This document shows, piece by piece, positions 47,813-58,261 of a stretch of DNA of 64,000 nucleotides. A model generated the notes under the pieces. That model ran no database searches. It saw only the letters and a list, made by a program, of their open reading frames with translations, and had not been told where the DNA came from. Both the position numbers and the translations under genes were made by a program. The DNA is from an uncultured Candidatus Saccharibacteria bacterium (GTDB lineage Bacteria; Patescibacteriota; Minisyncoccia; JAHISW01; Tagabacteraceae): the NCBI GenBank assembly GCA_964601305.1, contig CAZRMW010000003.1, positions 3,116 through 67,115 of the forward strand, written 5' to 3'. Numbering within the stretch: position 1 is the first letter of the stretch; each line of letters opens with the position of its first letter.

Positions 47813-48892
47813 TTATTTTATTGTCCCACCTCCCAGCATTGTGTCCCCTTCATAAATTACAAGAGATTGCCCCGAAGCCACCCCCACCTGCCCTTCCTCA
47901 AAAACAACTTTAATTTGCATCGACATCGGGTGTCGATGTATTCTACATTTTTGCAGTGGTTGCCTGTATCTAATTCTTGCTAGATAGTTTTTTAATAAAT
48001 CGGGAGTTTCCCCTAAAGTCCAATTTATATCTTTTATTTCCGCTTTCTTCTTCAAGTATTCACCGATGTCGGACATCGGTGAAACTACTAAAATATTTTT
48101 CTTTATATTTTTTTCTACTATATACATTGGTGCTTCTTTCCCGCTCAAACCGAACCCGTGCCTCTGGCCAATTGTATAATACTGTACTCCTCTATGTTCC
48201 CCTATTTGATTTCCCTTATCATCAAAAATTTTTCCTGGTTTTGGTTTTATATAATTTTTTAAAAATTCCTCCATATTGAACTCCCCCACAAAACAAAGTC
48301 CTTGGCTATCTTTTTTCTCTGCCACTGGCAAGCCAAACTTTTTAGCCATGTCTCGCACTTCTGTTTTTTGGTAATCTCCAAGCGGGAACAAACAGTGCTT
48401 TAGTTGCTCCTGCCCAAGCGTCCATAAAAAATAACTCTGATCCTTGCTCTTATCCTCCGCAAGCTCTAATCTGTTGGAAGTCGGACCTCCAACAGATACA
48501 ATTTTTACGTAGTGACCTGTGGCGATTTTATCTGCTCCTATTTCTCGAGCTTTTTTTAGAAACAAATCAAACTTTATATGCTTGTTGCACATAATATCTG
48601 GGTTTGGAGTTCGCCCTTCTTTGTATTCGGCTATCATATAGTCGATAATGTGTTTTTTGTACTCTTTAGAAAAATCAAATGTATAAAAAGGAATGTCTAA
48701 CATGGCACACACACGCATAGCGTCCCTTCTGTCTTCTCGCCAAGTGCAAGGAATGCCTGTTGGATACCATCCACGAATAAACACGCCAGACACATTGTAG
48801 CCTTGTTTTTTAAGCATCGCGGCAGTAGTAGAGCTATCTACCCCACCACTCATACCAACAAATATTTTTTGGGTTTTATCTTGACTTTTCAT
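47813..48892 (-). CDS. mnmA: tRNA 2-thiouridylase MnmA
   Basis: SGGVDS, TPNPDIMCN, ATGHY, KDQSYFL, DSQGLCF. Confidence 0.97.
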   Translation of the reverse strand: MKSQDKTQKIFVGMSGGVDSSTTAAMLKKQGYNVSGVFIRGWYPTGIPCTWREDRRDAMRVCAMLDIPFYTFDFSKEYKKHIIDYMIAEYKEGRTPNPDIMCNKHIKFDLFLKKAREIGADKIATGHYVKIVSVGGPTSNRLELAEDKSKDQSYFLWTLGQEQLKHCLFPLGDYQKTEVRDMAKKFGLPVAEKKDSQGLCFVGEFNMEEFLKNYIKPKPGKIFDDKGNQIGEHRGVQYYTIGQRHGFGLSGKEAPMYIVEKNIKKNILVVSPMSDIGEYLKKKAEIKDINWTLGETPDLLKNYLARIRYRQPLQKCRIHRHPMSMQIKVVFEEGQVGVASGQSLVIYEGDTMLGGGTIK

Positions 48893-48955
48893 AATATTAC
48901 TGCTATGATAGCATGAATAGAATTTTTGAAAACACCTAAAAAAGGAGATTAAAAA

Positions 48956-49303
48956 ATGTACAACTACTTTCTATCTTTTCTTTGGAAACTGACTTTTACT
49001 GATGAACAAGAAGCCCTGGTTGAAATGAAGCTTATGGCAGTACATAAAAGCAAAAGAGATCCTCTAGCCTTTCCTACCCATGAAGATATTGAACTATTCC
49101 GCGAGCATCTTTTTTCAAAAGTTCGTTTGGCTGGCTTTAAACCAAAAGACTTAGAAAAAATCGGGGGGATTAGTTGTATCGATAAAAAATTTTACGATGG
49201 ATTTGTTATGACAAACAGAAAAGAAAGCCGACTTTTCCCAATAAGATCAAAGTCATGTGACACTTTTATATTTACAGAAGCATCCATTTTCCCTCAGAAA
49301 TGA
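48956..49303 (+). CDS. hypothetical protein
   Basis: SD AAGGAG; terminator CCCCCACAAA...TTTGTGGGGG. Confidence 0.6.
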   Translation: MYNYFLSFLWKLTFTDEQEALVEMKLMAVHKSKRDPLAFPTHEDIELFREHLFSKVRLAGFKPKDLEKIGGISCIDKKFYDGFVMTNRKESRLFPIRSKSCDTFIFTEASIFPQK

Positions 49304-49356
49304 AATGATTGTTTTATTCTGAAAACCCCCACAAATTTTTTGTGGGGGTTTCTTTT

Positions 49357-50562
49357 TTATCTATTTTTCCTTACTTGTTTTATTGCAAATCTATGCGCTT
49401 CAGCATCTACTTTTAAAAACAAATCTTTTTGTGCAGAAAACATTTCTCGTACAGATTTTTTAAGTTTGGCGCTAAAAATTATATTATAATCTTTAGCCGA
49501 AGATTGTGAGTGCTTCCCTGCTTTAGAAATACCAACTACTGGTATTTCTAGATTAACATTTTTTAAAATTTTTAAAAAAGTATTTACTTGTTGCCTTCCC
49601 CCATCTACCACAATTATGTCTGGGTATTGCCATTCTTTGTGTTTTAGTCTTCTTTCTAAAACTTCTCTAAGTGCCCCTGTGTCGTCTCCCACTCCAGCAC
49701 TTTTTATTTTAAAAAGTCTATAATCTTTTTTACTAGCTTTTCTGTTTATAAAAACTGCCATCGATCCATAAACATCTCCCTTCCCAAATTGAGAAATATC
49801 ATAGCCTTCTATTCGCATAGTACATATTTTATGCGATCGCATTATTTGTGTACTATGTGGTATTAAAACGATGTCGTCTAAAAACTTCCTGTTAGTTTTT
49901 GGGTTTTTGCTCTTTAAAAATCTTATAAGCCCACGGATTATTTTTTTATATTCTTTAGAGTTTATTTCCCTTGTACACACTCCAGCACATAATCCAATCT
50001 GATTGTGGAAGCAGGGCTTACCCCCCTCGGCGGGGCTTGCCAGAGGCACGCATGTACTGTACGGATAAATTCTCCTTGCTACACTCAAAATATTTTTTAA
50101 TTCTCTTACGCTCTGAAATGGCCCCACTAAATTTTTTGGCTTCCCCGCCGAGCGGGGTAAACCATATTTTTTTAAGTCTCTTTCGCGAACTACCACGGGC
50201 TTGGGGAAATCTTTATTCATATTAAAAAACAAATAGACAAAACTTTTGTGGTCTTTGTCTTTTATATTGTATTTTGGCCAATACTTTTTAATTAAATTAT
50301 TCTCAAGCACCGCCGACTCCAGCAAATTGTTGGTCTCTACAAAAGAAACTTTCTCTACCTCCCCCACAAACTGTTCCACCGGCCTTCTGTTGGAGGTCCG
50401 ACTTCCAACAGATAGAAAGTAGGAGGAGATGCGGGTTTTTAGGTTGGCTGCGCGGCCGACATATATTACCTTTTTCTTTTTATTTAAAAACAAATAAACC
50501 CCTGTCTTTTTTGGCAGTTTTTTCAAAAAATCCTTATTTTTATTGACTTTTATTGACTTCAT
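49357..50562 (-). CDS. uvrC: excinuclease ABC subunit C (shortened)
   Basis: GIY-YIG (GVYLF...YVGRA), RIEGYDIS, VDGG, EAHRFA; no HhH tail. Confidence 0.9.
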   Translation of the reverse strand: MKSIKVNKNKDFLKKLPKKTGVYLFLNKKKKVIYVGRAANLKTRISSYFLSVGSRTSNRRPVEQFVGEVEKVSFVETNNLLESAVLENNLIKKYWPKYNIKDKDHKSFVYLFFNMNKDFPKPVVVRERDLKKYGLPRSAGKPKNLVGPFQSVRELKNILSVARRIYPYSTCVPLASPAEGGKPCFHNQIGLCAGVCTREINSKEYKKIIRGLIRFLKSKNPKTNRKFLDDIVLIPHSTQIMRSHKICTMRIEGYDISQFGKGDVYGSMAVFINRKASKKDYRLFKIKSAGVGDDTGALREVLERRLKHKEWQYPDIIVVDGGRQQVNTFLKILKNVNLEIPVVGISKAGKHSQSSAKDYNIIFSAKLKKSVREMFSAQKDLFLKVDAEAHRFAIKQVRKNR

Positions 50563-50611
50563 ATTTTTGAGTTAAAAATATTTGACAAATTATTTGGTTG
50601 CTATACAATAA

Positions 50612-50683
50612 ACAGAGATATCCTTCTTCTGGGGTTGAAGGGTTCATGGTTAAGGGGGGCAACCGTTTGCCCCCCTTTTTTTT
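50612..50683 (+). ncRNA. candidate ~70-nt sRNA between uvrA and uvrC
   Basis: TTGACA-16-TACAAT (50582-50609); hairpin; AAGGGGGGCAA/TTGCCCCCCTT + T8 terminator. Confidence 0.5.
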
Positions 50684-53195
50684 ATTTCAGATACCCTTTT
50701 AAATATTCCCCTGTGTGGGAATTTTTATTTTGGGCAACTTCTTCTGGTGTACCTTTTGCCACAAGTTTACCACCTTTATCTCCCCCATCTGGCCCCAAGT
50801 CTATTATATAATCCGCTACTTTTACAATGTGCATGTTGTGCTCAATTACTACTACCGTGTTTCCTTTTTCTACTATTTTTTGTAACACATCTAAAAGCAT
50901 TTTTATATCGTCGTAGTGCAAGCCAGTAGACGGCTCGTCCAGCAGATAAACAGCATTTCTTACAAATGGCTTGCTAAGCTCTTTGGCAAGTTTTATTCTC
51001 TGTGCCTCTCCACCACTAAGCGTAGTTGCTGGTTGGCCAAGCTTTATGTATCCAAGCCCTACATCTTTTAGCACTTTCAGCTTGTCTGAAATGGTATAAA
51101 TATCTTTAAAAAATTCATATGCTTCTTCCACTGTCATTTTTAAAACATCTGAAATATTTTTGTCTCTGTGTTTTACTTCTAAAGTTTCTCTATTAAATCT
51201 TTTTCCTTGACACACATCGCACCCCACAGACACCGCCGGCAAAAAATGCATCTCTACCAAATTAAATCCCACACCATCGCATGCTTCGCATCTTCCGCCT
51301 GGTTTGTTGAATGAAAATCTCCCTGCTCTGTACCCTCTTTCACGTGCGTCTTCAAGCTCCGCGAAAAACTCACGAATAGGTGTCCAAATACCTGTATAAG
51401 TAGCCGGGTTGGAGCGTGGACTTCTACCAATTGGTGATTGGTTTATTTCTATAACTCTACTTAAATATTCTAATCCCAAAATTTTTCCTACATTTTTAAA
51501 GCCAACATCCCTTCTTTTATAGTTTACATTCGCTAAATTTTTATGAAGTACCTCATAAAGCAAGCTACTCTTGCCACTCCCAGACACACCCGTAAGACAC
51601 ACCAATTTTTTTAGTGGTATATCTATATTTACATTTTTTAAATTATTTACTTTAGCGCCAATTATTTGCACTTTTTCGTGTATCTTTTTACGCCTTTCTG
51701 GAAGATCTATTTTTTGCTTGCCTACCAAATAATCTATGGTTGAAGATTTTTTATTTTTTAAGGCTTTACTAATCTCCTCGTTTACTACCACCTCGCCCCC
51801 ATGCCTTCCAGGGCCAGGGCCAAGATCTACCAAATGGTCGGACTCCATAATAGTTCTCTCGTCGTGCTCTACCACTATTACAGTGTTTCCAGCTTTTTTT
51901 AATTCTTTAAGAGTTTTTATTAGTCTTTTGTTGTCGCGCTCGTGTAAGCCTATTGTTGGCTCATCTAAAACATAGAGCGTTCCTGCGAGCTTGGAGCCGA
52001 TTTGGGACGCGAGGCGTATTCTTTGCGCTTCGCCACCGCTAAGCGTAGATGCTTTTCTGTCGAGTGTCATATACTCTAGGCCTACTTCTAAAAGAAACCC
52101 TAACCGAGAAATAATTTCTCTGAGAGGTTCTTTGGCAACGCTATTTTCTTTTTTATTTAGCTTGCTTTCTAAATTTATAAAAAATTCATAAGCCTCTGTG
52201 ATATTTTTAGAAATTATATCGTGAATATTTTTGTTAGAGATTTTTACAGAAAGCGCTTCTTCTTTTAGCCTTTTACCTTTACATGCTGGACACTTTTCTT
52301 TTGTAAAAAAATCTTGCATACCTAAACCCGAACATGCCTCGCACGCTCCATGTGGACTATTGAAAGAAAATAGCCGTGGCTCAATTTCTGGAAAAGCAAA
52401 TTCGTCTTTAGGGCAATTCCATTTTGAAGAATATAATTTTTCTTCGCTTAAAAATTTTGCTACCACTAATCCCTTGCTATAATTGAGTGCGTCTTCTACT
52501 GCTTCCGTAAGCCTAGAAATATCTTTAGGTTGGACTTTATCTATTAAAATTTCTATGTCGTGCTTTTTGTTTTTGGTTAGATTTATCTGATCGTGAAGAG
52601 AATGCTTTTTGCCATCTACCCTTGCTTCTTCATACCCTTTGTCTAAAAAATCATAAAGAAGCTGATAATACTCCCCTTTTCTACCTCTAACTACTGGAGA
52701 AAATATCGACACAAAACCTGCTTTCTCTTTGTTGGCTCGTTTTATTATAGAGTCTACAATTTCTTGCGCGCTCATTTTTTTTATTTTGCCTCCACATTTT
52801 GGACAATAAACAACCCCGATTCTTGCATAAAGCACACGCAAATAATCATAAATTTCTGTAAGAGTAGCCACTATAGAACGCGGGTTTCTTCCATGCGCTT
52901 TTTGATTTATAGCAATTGCTGGAGAAAGGCCTTCAATGTCGTCTACATCTGGCCTATCGGATTGACCCAAAAACTGTCTTGCGTATGGCGACAAAGATTC
53001 TATATATCTTCTTTGTCCTTCCACAAAAATAGTATCGAAAGCAAGAGAGGACTTTCCGCTTCCAGACACACCAGTAAATACTATCAGCTTATCTTTTGGA
53101 ATCTCTAAGCTGATGTCTTTCAAATTGTGCACTCTAGCACCTTTTATTTTTATTTTTCTTGCCCCGCTCGGCGGGGTTTTATTTTCCTTTTTCAT
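50682..53195 (-). CDS. uvrA: excinuclease ABC subunit A
   Basis: two GVSGSGKSS Walker A motifs, LSGGEAQRI, Zn fingers. Confidence 0.97.
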   Translation of the reverse strand: MKKENKTPPSGARKIKIKGARVHNLKDISLEIPKDKLIVFTGVSGSGKSSLAFDTIFVEGQRRYIESLSPYARQFLGQSDRPDVDDIEGLSPAIAINQKAHGRNPRSIVATLTEIYDYLRVLYARIGVVYCPKCGGKIKKMSAQEIVDSIIKRANKEKAGFVSIFSPVVRGRKGEYYQLLYDFLDKGYEEARVDGKKHSLHDQINLTKNKKHDIEILIDKVQPKDISRLTEAVEDALNYSKGLVVAKFLSEEKLYSSKWNCPKDEFAFPEIEPRLFSFNSPHGACEACSGLGMQDFFTKEKCPACKGKRLKEEALSVKISNKNIHDIISKNITEAYEFFINLESKLNKKENSVAKEPLREIISRLGFLLEVGLEYMTLDRKASTLSGGEAQRIRLASQIGSKLAGTLYVLDEPTIGLHERDNKRLIKTLKELKKAGNTVIVVEHDERTIMESDHLVDLGPGPGRHGGEVVVNEEISKALKNKKSSTIDYLVGKQKIDLPERRKKIHEKVQIIGAKVNNLKNVNIDIPLKKLVCLTGVSGSGKSSLLYEVLHKNLANVNYKRRDVGFKNVGKILGLEYLSRVIEINQSPIGRSPRSNPATYTGIWTPIREFFAELEDARERGYRAGRFSFNKPGGRCEACDGVGFNLVEMHFLPAVSVGCDVCQGKRFNRETLEVKHRDKNISDVLKMTVEEAYEFFKDIYTISDKLKVLKDVGLGYIKLGQPATTLSGGEAQRIKLAKELSKPFVRNAVYLLDEPSTGLHYDDIKMLLDVLQKIVEKGNTVVVIEHNMHIVKVADYIIDLGPDGGDKGGKLVAKGTPEEVAQNKNSHTGEYLKGYLK

Positions 53196-55041
53196 TCTTT
53201 TTGTCTATATTCAAAAATCTTTCTATTTTCTTTTTTATGGTCTGTGGCTTTATGCCATGTTTTTTGTTGTATTCTAGCTGAATTTTTCTCCTTCTTTCAG
53301 TTTCCTCCACTGCCCTCTTTACCGATTTTGTCTTTTCGTCTGCATAAAGAATTACTCTTCCTGCACTGTTTCTAGCAGCACGACCTATTGTTTGAATAAG
53401 CGAAGTTTCGTTTCTTAAAAACCCTTCTCTATCTGCATCTAAAATTGCTACTAAAGATACTTCTGGTAAATCTAACCCTTCTCTAAGCAAGTTTACTCCC
53501 ACAAGCACATCAAACTTTCCTTCTCTAAAATTCGTAAGCGTATCGGCTCGCTCCAAAGTTTTTATATCGCTATGTATATATCTACACCTTATTTTCTTTC
53601 TCTTTAAAAAATCTGTAAGCTCTTCTGAGCTTCTTTTGGTAAGAGTTATCGCAAGCACTCTTTCATTTTTGGAAACGGTTTTCTCAATTTCTTCAAGCAA
53701 ATCATCAATCTGCGTTTTTTGCTTTTTGTTGGAAGCTAAGCTTCCAACAGATACAATTGGGGCGACTGGACGGATGAAAATTTTGGGATCCACTAGTCCT
53801 GTAGGGCGTATTACCTGCTCTACCACACCTTCTGAATTTTCTTTCTCAAAATCTGCTGGAGTAGCTGAAGTAAAAATAGTTTGGCCAATCCTCTGCTCGA
53901 ACTCTTTAAAATTGAGCGGCCTATTGTCTATTGCACTTGGGAGCCTCCATCCGTGCTCTACTAAAATATTTTTTCTGCTTTTGTCCCCAGCAAACATACC
54001 TCCAATTTGTGGTACAGCTAAATGAGATTCATCTATAATTGTTAAAAATTCATCTGGCAATCCAAAATATGAAAGAAGTGTTTCTGGAGGATCACCAGCA
54101 AATTTGCCAGTTAAGTGCCTAGAATAATTTTCTATGCCATGGCAATAGCCAACTCTGCCTATCATTTCTAAGTCATATTTTGTTCTTTTTTCAAGACGCT
54201 CTTCTTCAAGAAGTAATCCATTTTTTCTAAAATGTTTTAATCTTTCTTTTAGTTCATTTTTGATATCTTTAATTGCCCTTTTCCTTTCTGGTGCAGACAT
54301 TATAAAATGCTTTGGAGGAAAAATCACAACATCTTTTATGCCCTCTAACTTATGCTTTGTAAGTGGGTCGAATTTAATAATATTTTTAATTTTTTGATTT
54401 TCTAAAATTATTTTATAAGCAATATCTTCAGAAGCTGGCATAAATTCTATTTTATCGCCTCTCACCCTAAAATGCCCCCTCTTGAGGGAGATTGGGTTTC
54501 GCTCAAAATGTATTTTTATAAATTGCTTTATTAAGTCTTTGCGAGTAATCATTTTGCCTACTTCAAGCACTAAGCTAGATTTTAAATATCTTTCAGGAAC
54601 TCCAAGATTGTAAATACACGATACGGACGCTACGACTATTACATCTTTTCGGGTAAGGAGAGCAGAAGTAGCTTCGTGACGAAGTTTTTCTATTTCATCG
54701 TTTATCATTGCCTCTTTTTGTATATATGTATCAGTAATTGGAAGATATGCTTCTGGTTGATAATAATCGTAATAAGAGACAAAGTAGCAAACTTTGTTTT
54801 CTGGAAAAAAATTTTTGTACTCGCTATAAAGCTGTGCTGCCAAAGTTTTATTTGGTGCTATCACTAGTGTTGGTTTGCCAGTTTTTTCTATAATATTTGC
54901 TGTCGAAAAAGTTTTTCCGCTTCCTGTTACACCCAAAAGAGTCTGGTATCTTTTACCAGATTTTAGTCCTTTTGTAAGCTGATCAACCGCTTCTGATTGA
55001 TCTCCTGCTAATTTGAAACTTGAATGTAGTTTAAATTTCAT
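53179..55041 (-). CDS. uvrB: excinuclease ABC subunit B
   Basis: [29 protein letters not shown]; start 55041. Confidence 0.97.
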   Translation of the reverse strand: MKFKLHSSFKLAGDQSEAVDQLTKGLKSGKRYQTLLGVTGSGKTFSTANIIEKTGKPTLVIAPNKTLAAQLYSEYKNFFPENKVCYFVSYYDYYQPEAYLPITDTYIQKEAMINDEIEKLRHEATSALLTRKDVIVVASVSCIYNLGVPERYLKSSLVLEVGKMITRKDLIKQFIKIHFERNPISLKRGHFRVRGDKIEFMPASEDIAYKIILENQKIKNIIKFDPLTKHKLEGIKDVVIFPPKHFIMSAPERKRAIKDIKNELKERLKHFRKNGLLLEEERLEKRTKYDLEMIGRVGYCHGIENYSRHLTGKFAGDPPETLLSYFGLPDEFLTIIDESHLAVPQIGGMFAGDKSRKNILVEHGWRLPSAIDNRPLNFKEFEQRIGQTIFTSATPADFEKENSEGVVEQVIRPTGLVDPKIFIRPVAPIVSVGSLASNKKQKTQIDDLLEEIEKTVSKNERVLAITLTKRSSEELTDFLKRKKIRCRYIHSDIKTLERADTLTNFREGKFDVLVGVNLLREGLDLPEVSLVAILDADREGFLRNETSLIQTIGRAARNSAGRVILYADEKTKSVKRAVEETERRRKIQLEYNKKHGIKPQTIKKKIERFLNIDKKNEKGK

Positions 55042-55222
55042 AATTTTTGATTTTAGTTTGCCTGCCCGCCTCAATGCGAAGCTTTGGGCGGGAACATACA
55101 AAACTGACCCCGTTTGTTTATACTGGGGGTATATAAAAAATTTAGTTGTACAACCATATTGCCACGCACCAAACAAAAAAGCAACCCTCGGGGAGTTGCC
55201 TTTATTAACTTTTAGCACTTTT

Positions 55223-55600
55223 TTATTTCAAAAATTTTGCAATAGTTTTTCTTAGCAAACTTGAAAAACCAACAACTATTTTTTCTATAACCTCTTCTCT
55301 TGTTGGACAACCTGCAAGTCTTCTTGGGTCGCCCTCTTTAAATTCCAACCAGCCGTATTTAATACCATCTTCCTTACCTACAGCAATCCCTGTCTTTTGG
55401 TGGAACTCCGATCGATTCCTGTTTGGAATACCATCAACTATAAGTTCACAAACAATCGTTATCTCTCTAGTCTTTTCGTCTTCTTTAATTCTTACAATCT
55501 TAGCGTCACACCTATGAAAAGCATCGTTATCCCCATCATGAAATACTCTTTCTAAAACATCTCCCACTTTGACCTCGGAAAAATCTGAAAGAACAAACAT
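55223..55600 (-). CDS. hypothetical protein
   Basis: SD AAGGAGG; terminator GGCAAC...GTTGC + T run. Confidence 0.6.
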   Translation of the reverse strand: MFVLSDFSEVKVGDVLERVFHDGDNDAFHRCDAKIVRIKEDEKTREITIVCELIVDGIPNRNRSEFHQKTGIAVGKEDGIKYGWLEFKEGDPRRLAGCPTREEVIEKIVVGFSSLLRKTIAKFLK

Positions 55601-55702
55601 GCAACCCTCCTTTTTTGTGGTAAAAGTATAGCTAAAATCTAACTAAGACCATAACACACCTCAAAATAAAAACAACCCTGTCATCCGACGGTGTACAGCC
55701 CA

Positions 55703-56674
55703 CTACTTCCCTAGATATTTTTTGCGGTTAGCTAGGTGCTGATTGTAAGTTTTTGCATAGTGAATTTTTCCATTTTTGTCTGAAAGATAAAACCAGTACC
55801 CCGTTTTTACTGGATTAAGAGCTGCTTCAAGCGCATTTAATCCCGGATTAGCAATCGGTCCTGGCGGAAGCCCTTTGTACAAATAAGTATTGTACGGTGA
55901 GTCTATTTTTAAATCCTTTGTTGTAAGTTGCAAGCTGTGCTTACCTATTATATACGGAAACACTGCGTCCACCTGAAGCGCCATATCCACATCTATCCTT
56001 TTCCAGAGTATGCCAGAAATTATTTCCATATCTTTTTTTACATAAGCCTCTTTCTCTAGAAGTGATGCCATTATCACAATATCTTTTTCTCTCATTTCTT
56101 CTGGCACTTTCTTTTCAAAAGTTTCTTGCATAATTTCTATCATTTTTTCTGTAGAAATATCCAGTGGAACAAAATATGTATCTGGAAAAAGATACCCCTC
56201 TAATTCTTTGTCCTTTATTTTAAAATCTTTAAATCCAAAACCTTTAAAAATTAATTCAATTTCCTCTATAGTAACGCCTTCTGGCAAAGTAACTCTGGCA
56301 AAATTATCTACCCCACCCGTCCTAGTAATTTCTCTAAAAAGCTTAGTGGCCGTAATCGGTCTTTCAAAAAAATACTCCCCTGCTTTTACATCTTCTCTGC
56401 TTCGAAGAAACCAACCATAAGTATCGAACCAAAAGGCACTACGAACTAAATTTTGTTCTTCAAAATCTGCAGCTACTTTTTTAAATGAAGTACCTTTCTC
56501 TATAGTAACAATTTGCTTGTCTGGGAAATTTGCCGGTGGCGCAATTGTGAAATACAAGAATAAAAAAGTTCCCACAAAAGCTATAAACACCAAAACAACC
56601 AAACCAAAAGTAATTCTTAGTTTAAACTGCATTTTTGACAAAAGATTTTCTATGATGTTTTTTAAATTTTCCAT
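55703..56674 (-). CDS. mltG: endolytic transglycosylase MltG
   Basis: LEGYLFPDTY, MASLLEKE, SPYNTY..GLPPGPIANPG. Confidence 0.95.
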   Translation of the reverse strand: MENLKNIIENLLSKMQFKLRITFGLVVLVFIAFVGTFLFLYFTIAPPANFPDKQIVTIEKGTSFKKVAADFEEQNLVRSAFWFDTYGWFLRSREDVKAGEYFFERPITATKLFREITRTGGVDNFARVTLPEGVTIEEIELIFKGFGFKDFKIKDKELEGYLFPDTYFVPLDISTEKMIEIMQETFEKKVPEEMREKDIVIMASLLEKEAYVKKDMEIISGILWKRIDVDMALQVDAVFPYIIGKHSLQLTTKDLKIDSPYNTYLYKGLPPGPIANPGLNALEAALNPVKTGYWFYLSDKNGKIHYAKTYNQHLANRKKYLGK

Positions 56675-56811
56675 TAAAACTAATTATACCACTTTACAAA
56701 ATTTAATACATAAAAAACTAGTGAGGTTGAACCTCGCTAGTTGAATAGCTGGGAGGTTGGAGGGGTGGATAAAATAGCAAAAATCCTCAAACGCTAATAG
56801 CGCCCGAGGAT

Positions 56812-57408
56812 TTAGTTTTTTATAATTGCAACAACCCTAGGAATATTTACAGATTTTTTTGAAGAAACCCTTAAAGAACAAAACTTATCCATTAATCTGT
56901 GGCCAACCCATTCATAATCTACATATTTTCCAAAAAGGAGACTTTTCCCAATAAAATTAAGCCAATCACTCTCTGTTAACAACTTCGTACCAAGATAATG
57001 GTATGAATTTCCAGAGTTTAAAACAACCCCTTCTTTTTCTTCAGTTTCATACAAAAATTCAAGAATTTTTAATAAATTTTCGTTTGAAACAGAGCACCGA
57101 AAATCGATCATTGGTATATGAAAAATTTCCTTATCTATTTCTACTTTTGAAGATAAAGCTAGGGCATATCCATCTTTCAAACAATTATCAGTATATTCAA
57201 TAGCTCTACTCAAAATATCTTCTCTTCTCAACACAAAAACTCCCTCTGTCCTTGTTTCTCTATGGTAAAGTAGTCTGGAAACATAGGAAGAAATTTTTTT
57301 CTTTTTGCTTTTGCCAAAACGATATGTCTTAAATGTTAAATATGAAATTTGCGTATTTTTCAAAAGAAAGTATTGAACAGCTTCTATAATATTGTCGCCT
57401 ATTTTCAA
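56812..57408 (-). CDS. small archaeo-eukaryotic-primase-fold (primase 1D-like) protein
   Basis: ALSSKV, HIPMIDF, NSGNSYH, VDYEWVGH, LRVS; TTG start after GGAGG. Confidence 0.6.
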   Translation of the reverse strand: MKIGDNIIEAVQYFLLKNTQISYLTFKTYRFGKSKKKKISSYVSRLLYHRETRTEGVFVLRREDILSRAIEYTDNCLKDGYALALSSKVEIDKEIFHIPMIDFRCSVSNENLLKILEFLYETEEKEGVVLNSGNSYHYLGTKLLTESDWLNFIGKSLLFGKYVDYEWVGHRLMDKFCSLRVSSKKSVNIPRVVAIIKN

Positions 57409-57567
57409 AGTAAACCTCCTTTTTTTCTTATCTTTAAATAAAAACTAACAAACTGAGCAAAAATGTAAAGTGTCAAGATTGTTTTAAAAAATTCAAAATG
57501 GTAATTTATTAGAAGAAAGATTAAATCCTTGAAAACTAACCCAAACAGGAAAATATGGAGGCAACAA

Positions 57568-58077
57568 ATGTCAAAACCCAAACTTTATTTTGCGCATCCC
57601 GTAAATACTTACGGGAAACCGATTGAGGCTAAGATGTTGGAGTTGATTGAAATTGCTTTTCCGCAGTTTGAAATTGAAAATCCGAATCAGCCACACCACC
57701 AGATTGGCTACAAAAAATGGAAAGAACGAACTGGAAACGGAATGAGGTATTTTTATGAAGTAGTTTTGCCAAATTGTGAAGCCGGCTCTGTGGCAATGCC
57801 TTTTCTAGATAAAAAACTTGGCGCTGGAGTTGCTGGTGAAATAATTTGGTACCTTAAAAGAAATAAAAAAATATTTCTAATATCAGCTCCCGATTTGGAC
57901 TGGGTGAGACCGTTTTTCAAAGAGGAAAAGGATCTTCTCCTCCAGTGGGACAAACTCAGAAACAAAAGCGAAAGTGTCGGAAACAGCCTTGTTTTGAGTA
58001 TTAAAGATACCCGCAAAAGAACCTGGGAAGTTCTTTACAAAGAAATGAGAAAATACAGCGAAGCACACCTCGTATAA
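57568..58077 (+). CDS. nucleoside 2-deoxyribosyltransferase-like protein
   Basis: LYFAHP, IENPN, GAGVAGE pattern; ATG after GGAGG. Confidence 0.55.
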   Translation: MSKPKLYFAHPVNTYGKPIEAKMLELIEIAFPQFEIENPNQPHHQIGYKKWKERTGNGMRYFYEVVLPNCEAGSVAMPFLDKKLGAGVAGEIIWYLKRNKKIFLISAPDLDWVRPFFKEEKDLLLQWDKLRNKSESVGNSLVLSIKDTRKRTWEVLYKEMRKYSEAHLV

Positions 58078-58087
58078 AAAACACAAG

Positions 58088-58122
58088 AAAACCCGGAGAG
58101 CAATACGCTCTACTGGGTTTTT
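58088..58122 (+). terminator. intrinsic terminator
   Basis: AAAACCCGGAGAGC-AATAC-GCTCTACTGGGTTTTT. Confidence 0.7.
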
Positions 58123-58261
58123 GTTTTTTTAACAAAGAACTCTAAACCAAAGATCCTTGTAGTGTCAATATTTTTTTAAAAAAACCAAAATGATATTCTA
58201 CTAGGAGAGTTTAATCTTGAACCTTGAAGCATCACTAAGCAGAACAAAAAGGAGGTCTGAC

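Noticed and set aside
55042-55218. N-terminal extension of UvrB in the ORF track
   Set aside because: It spans a terminator and a palindrome; homology begins at MKFKLHS (55041)
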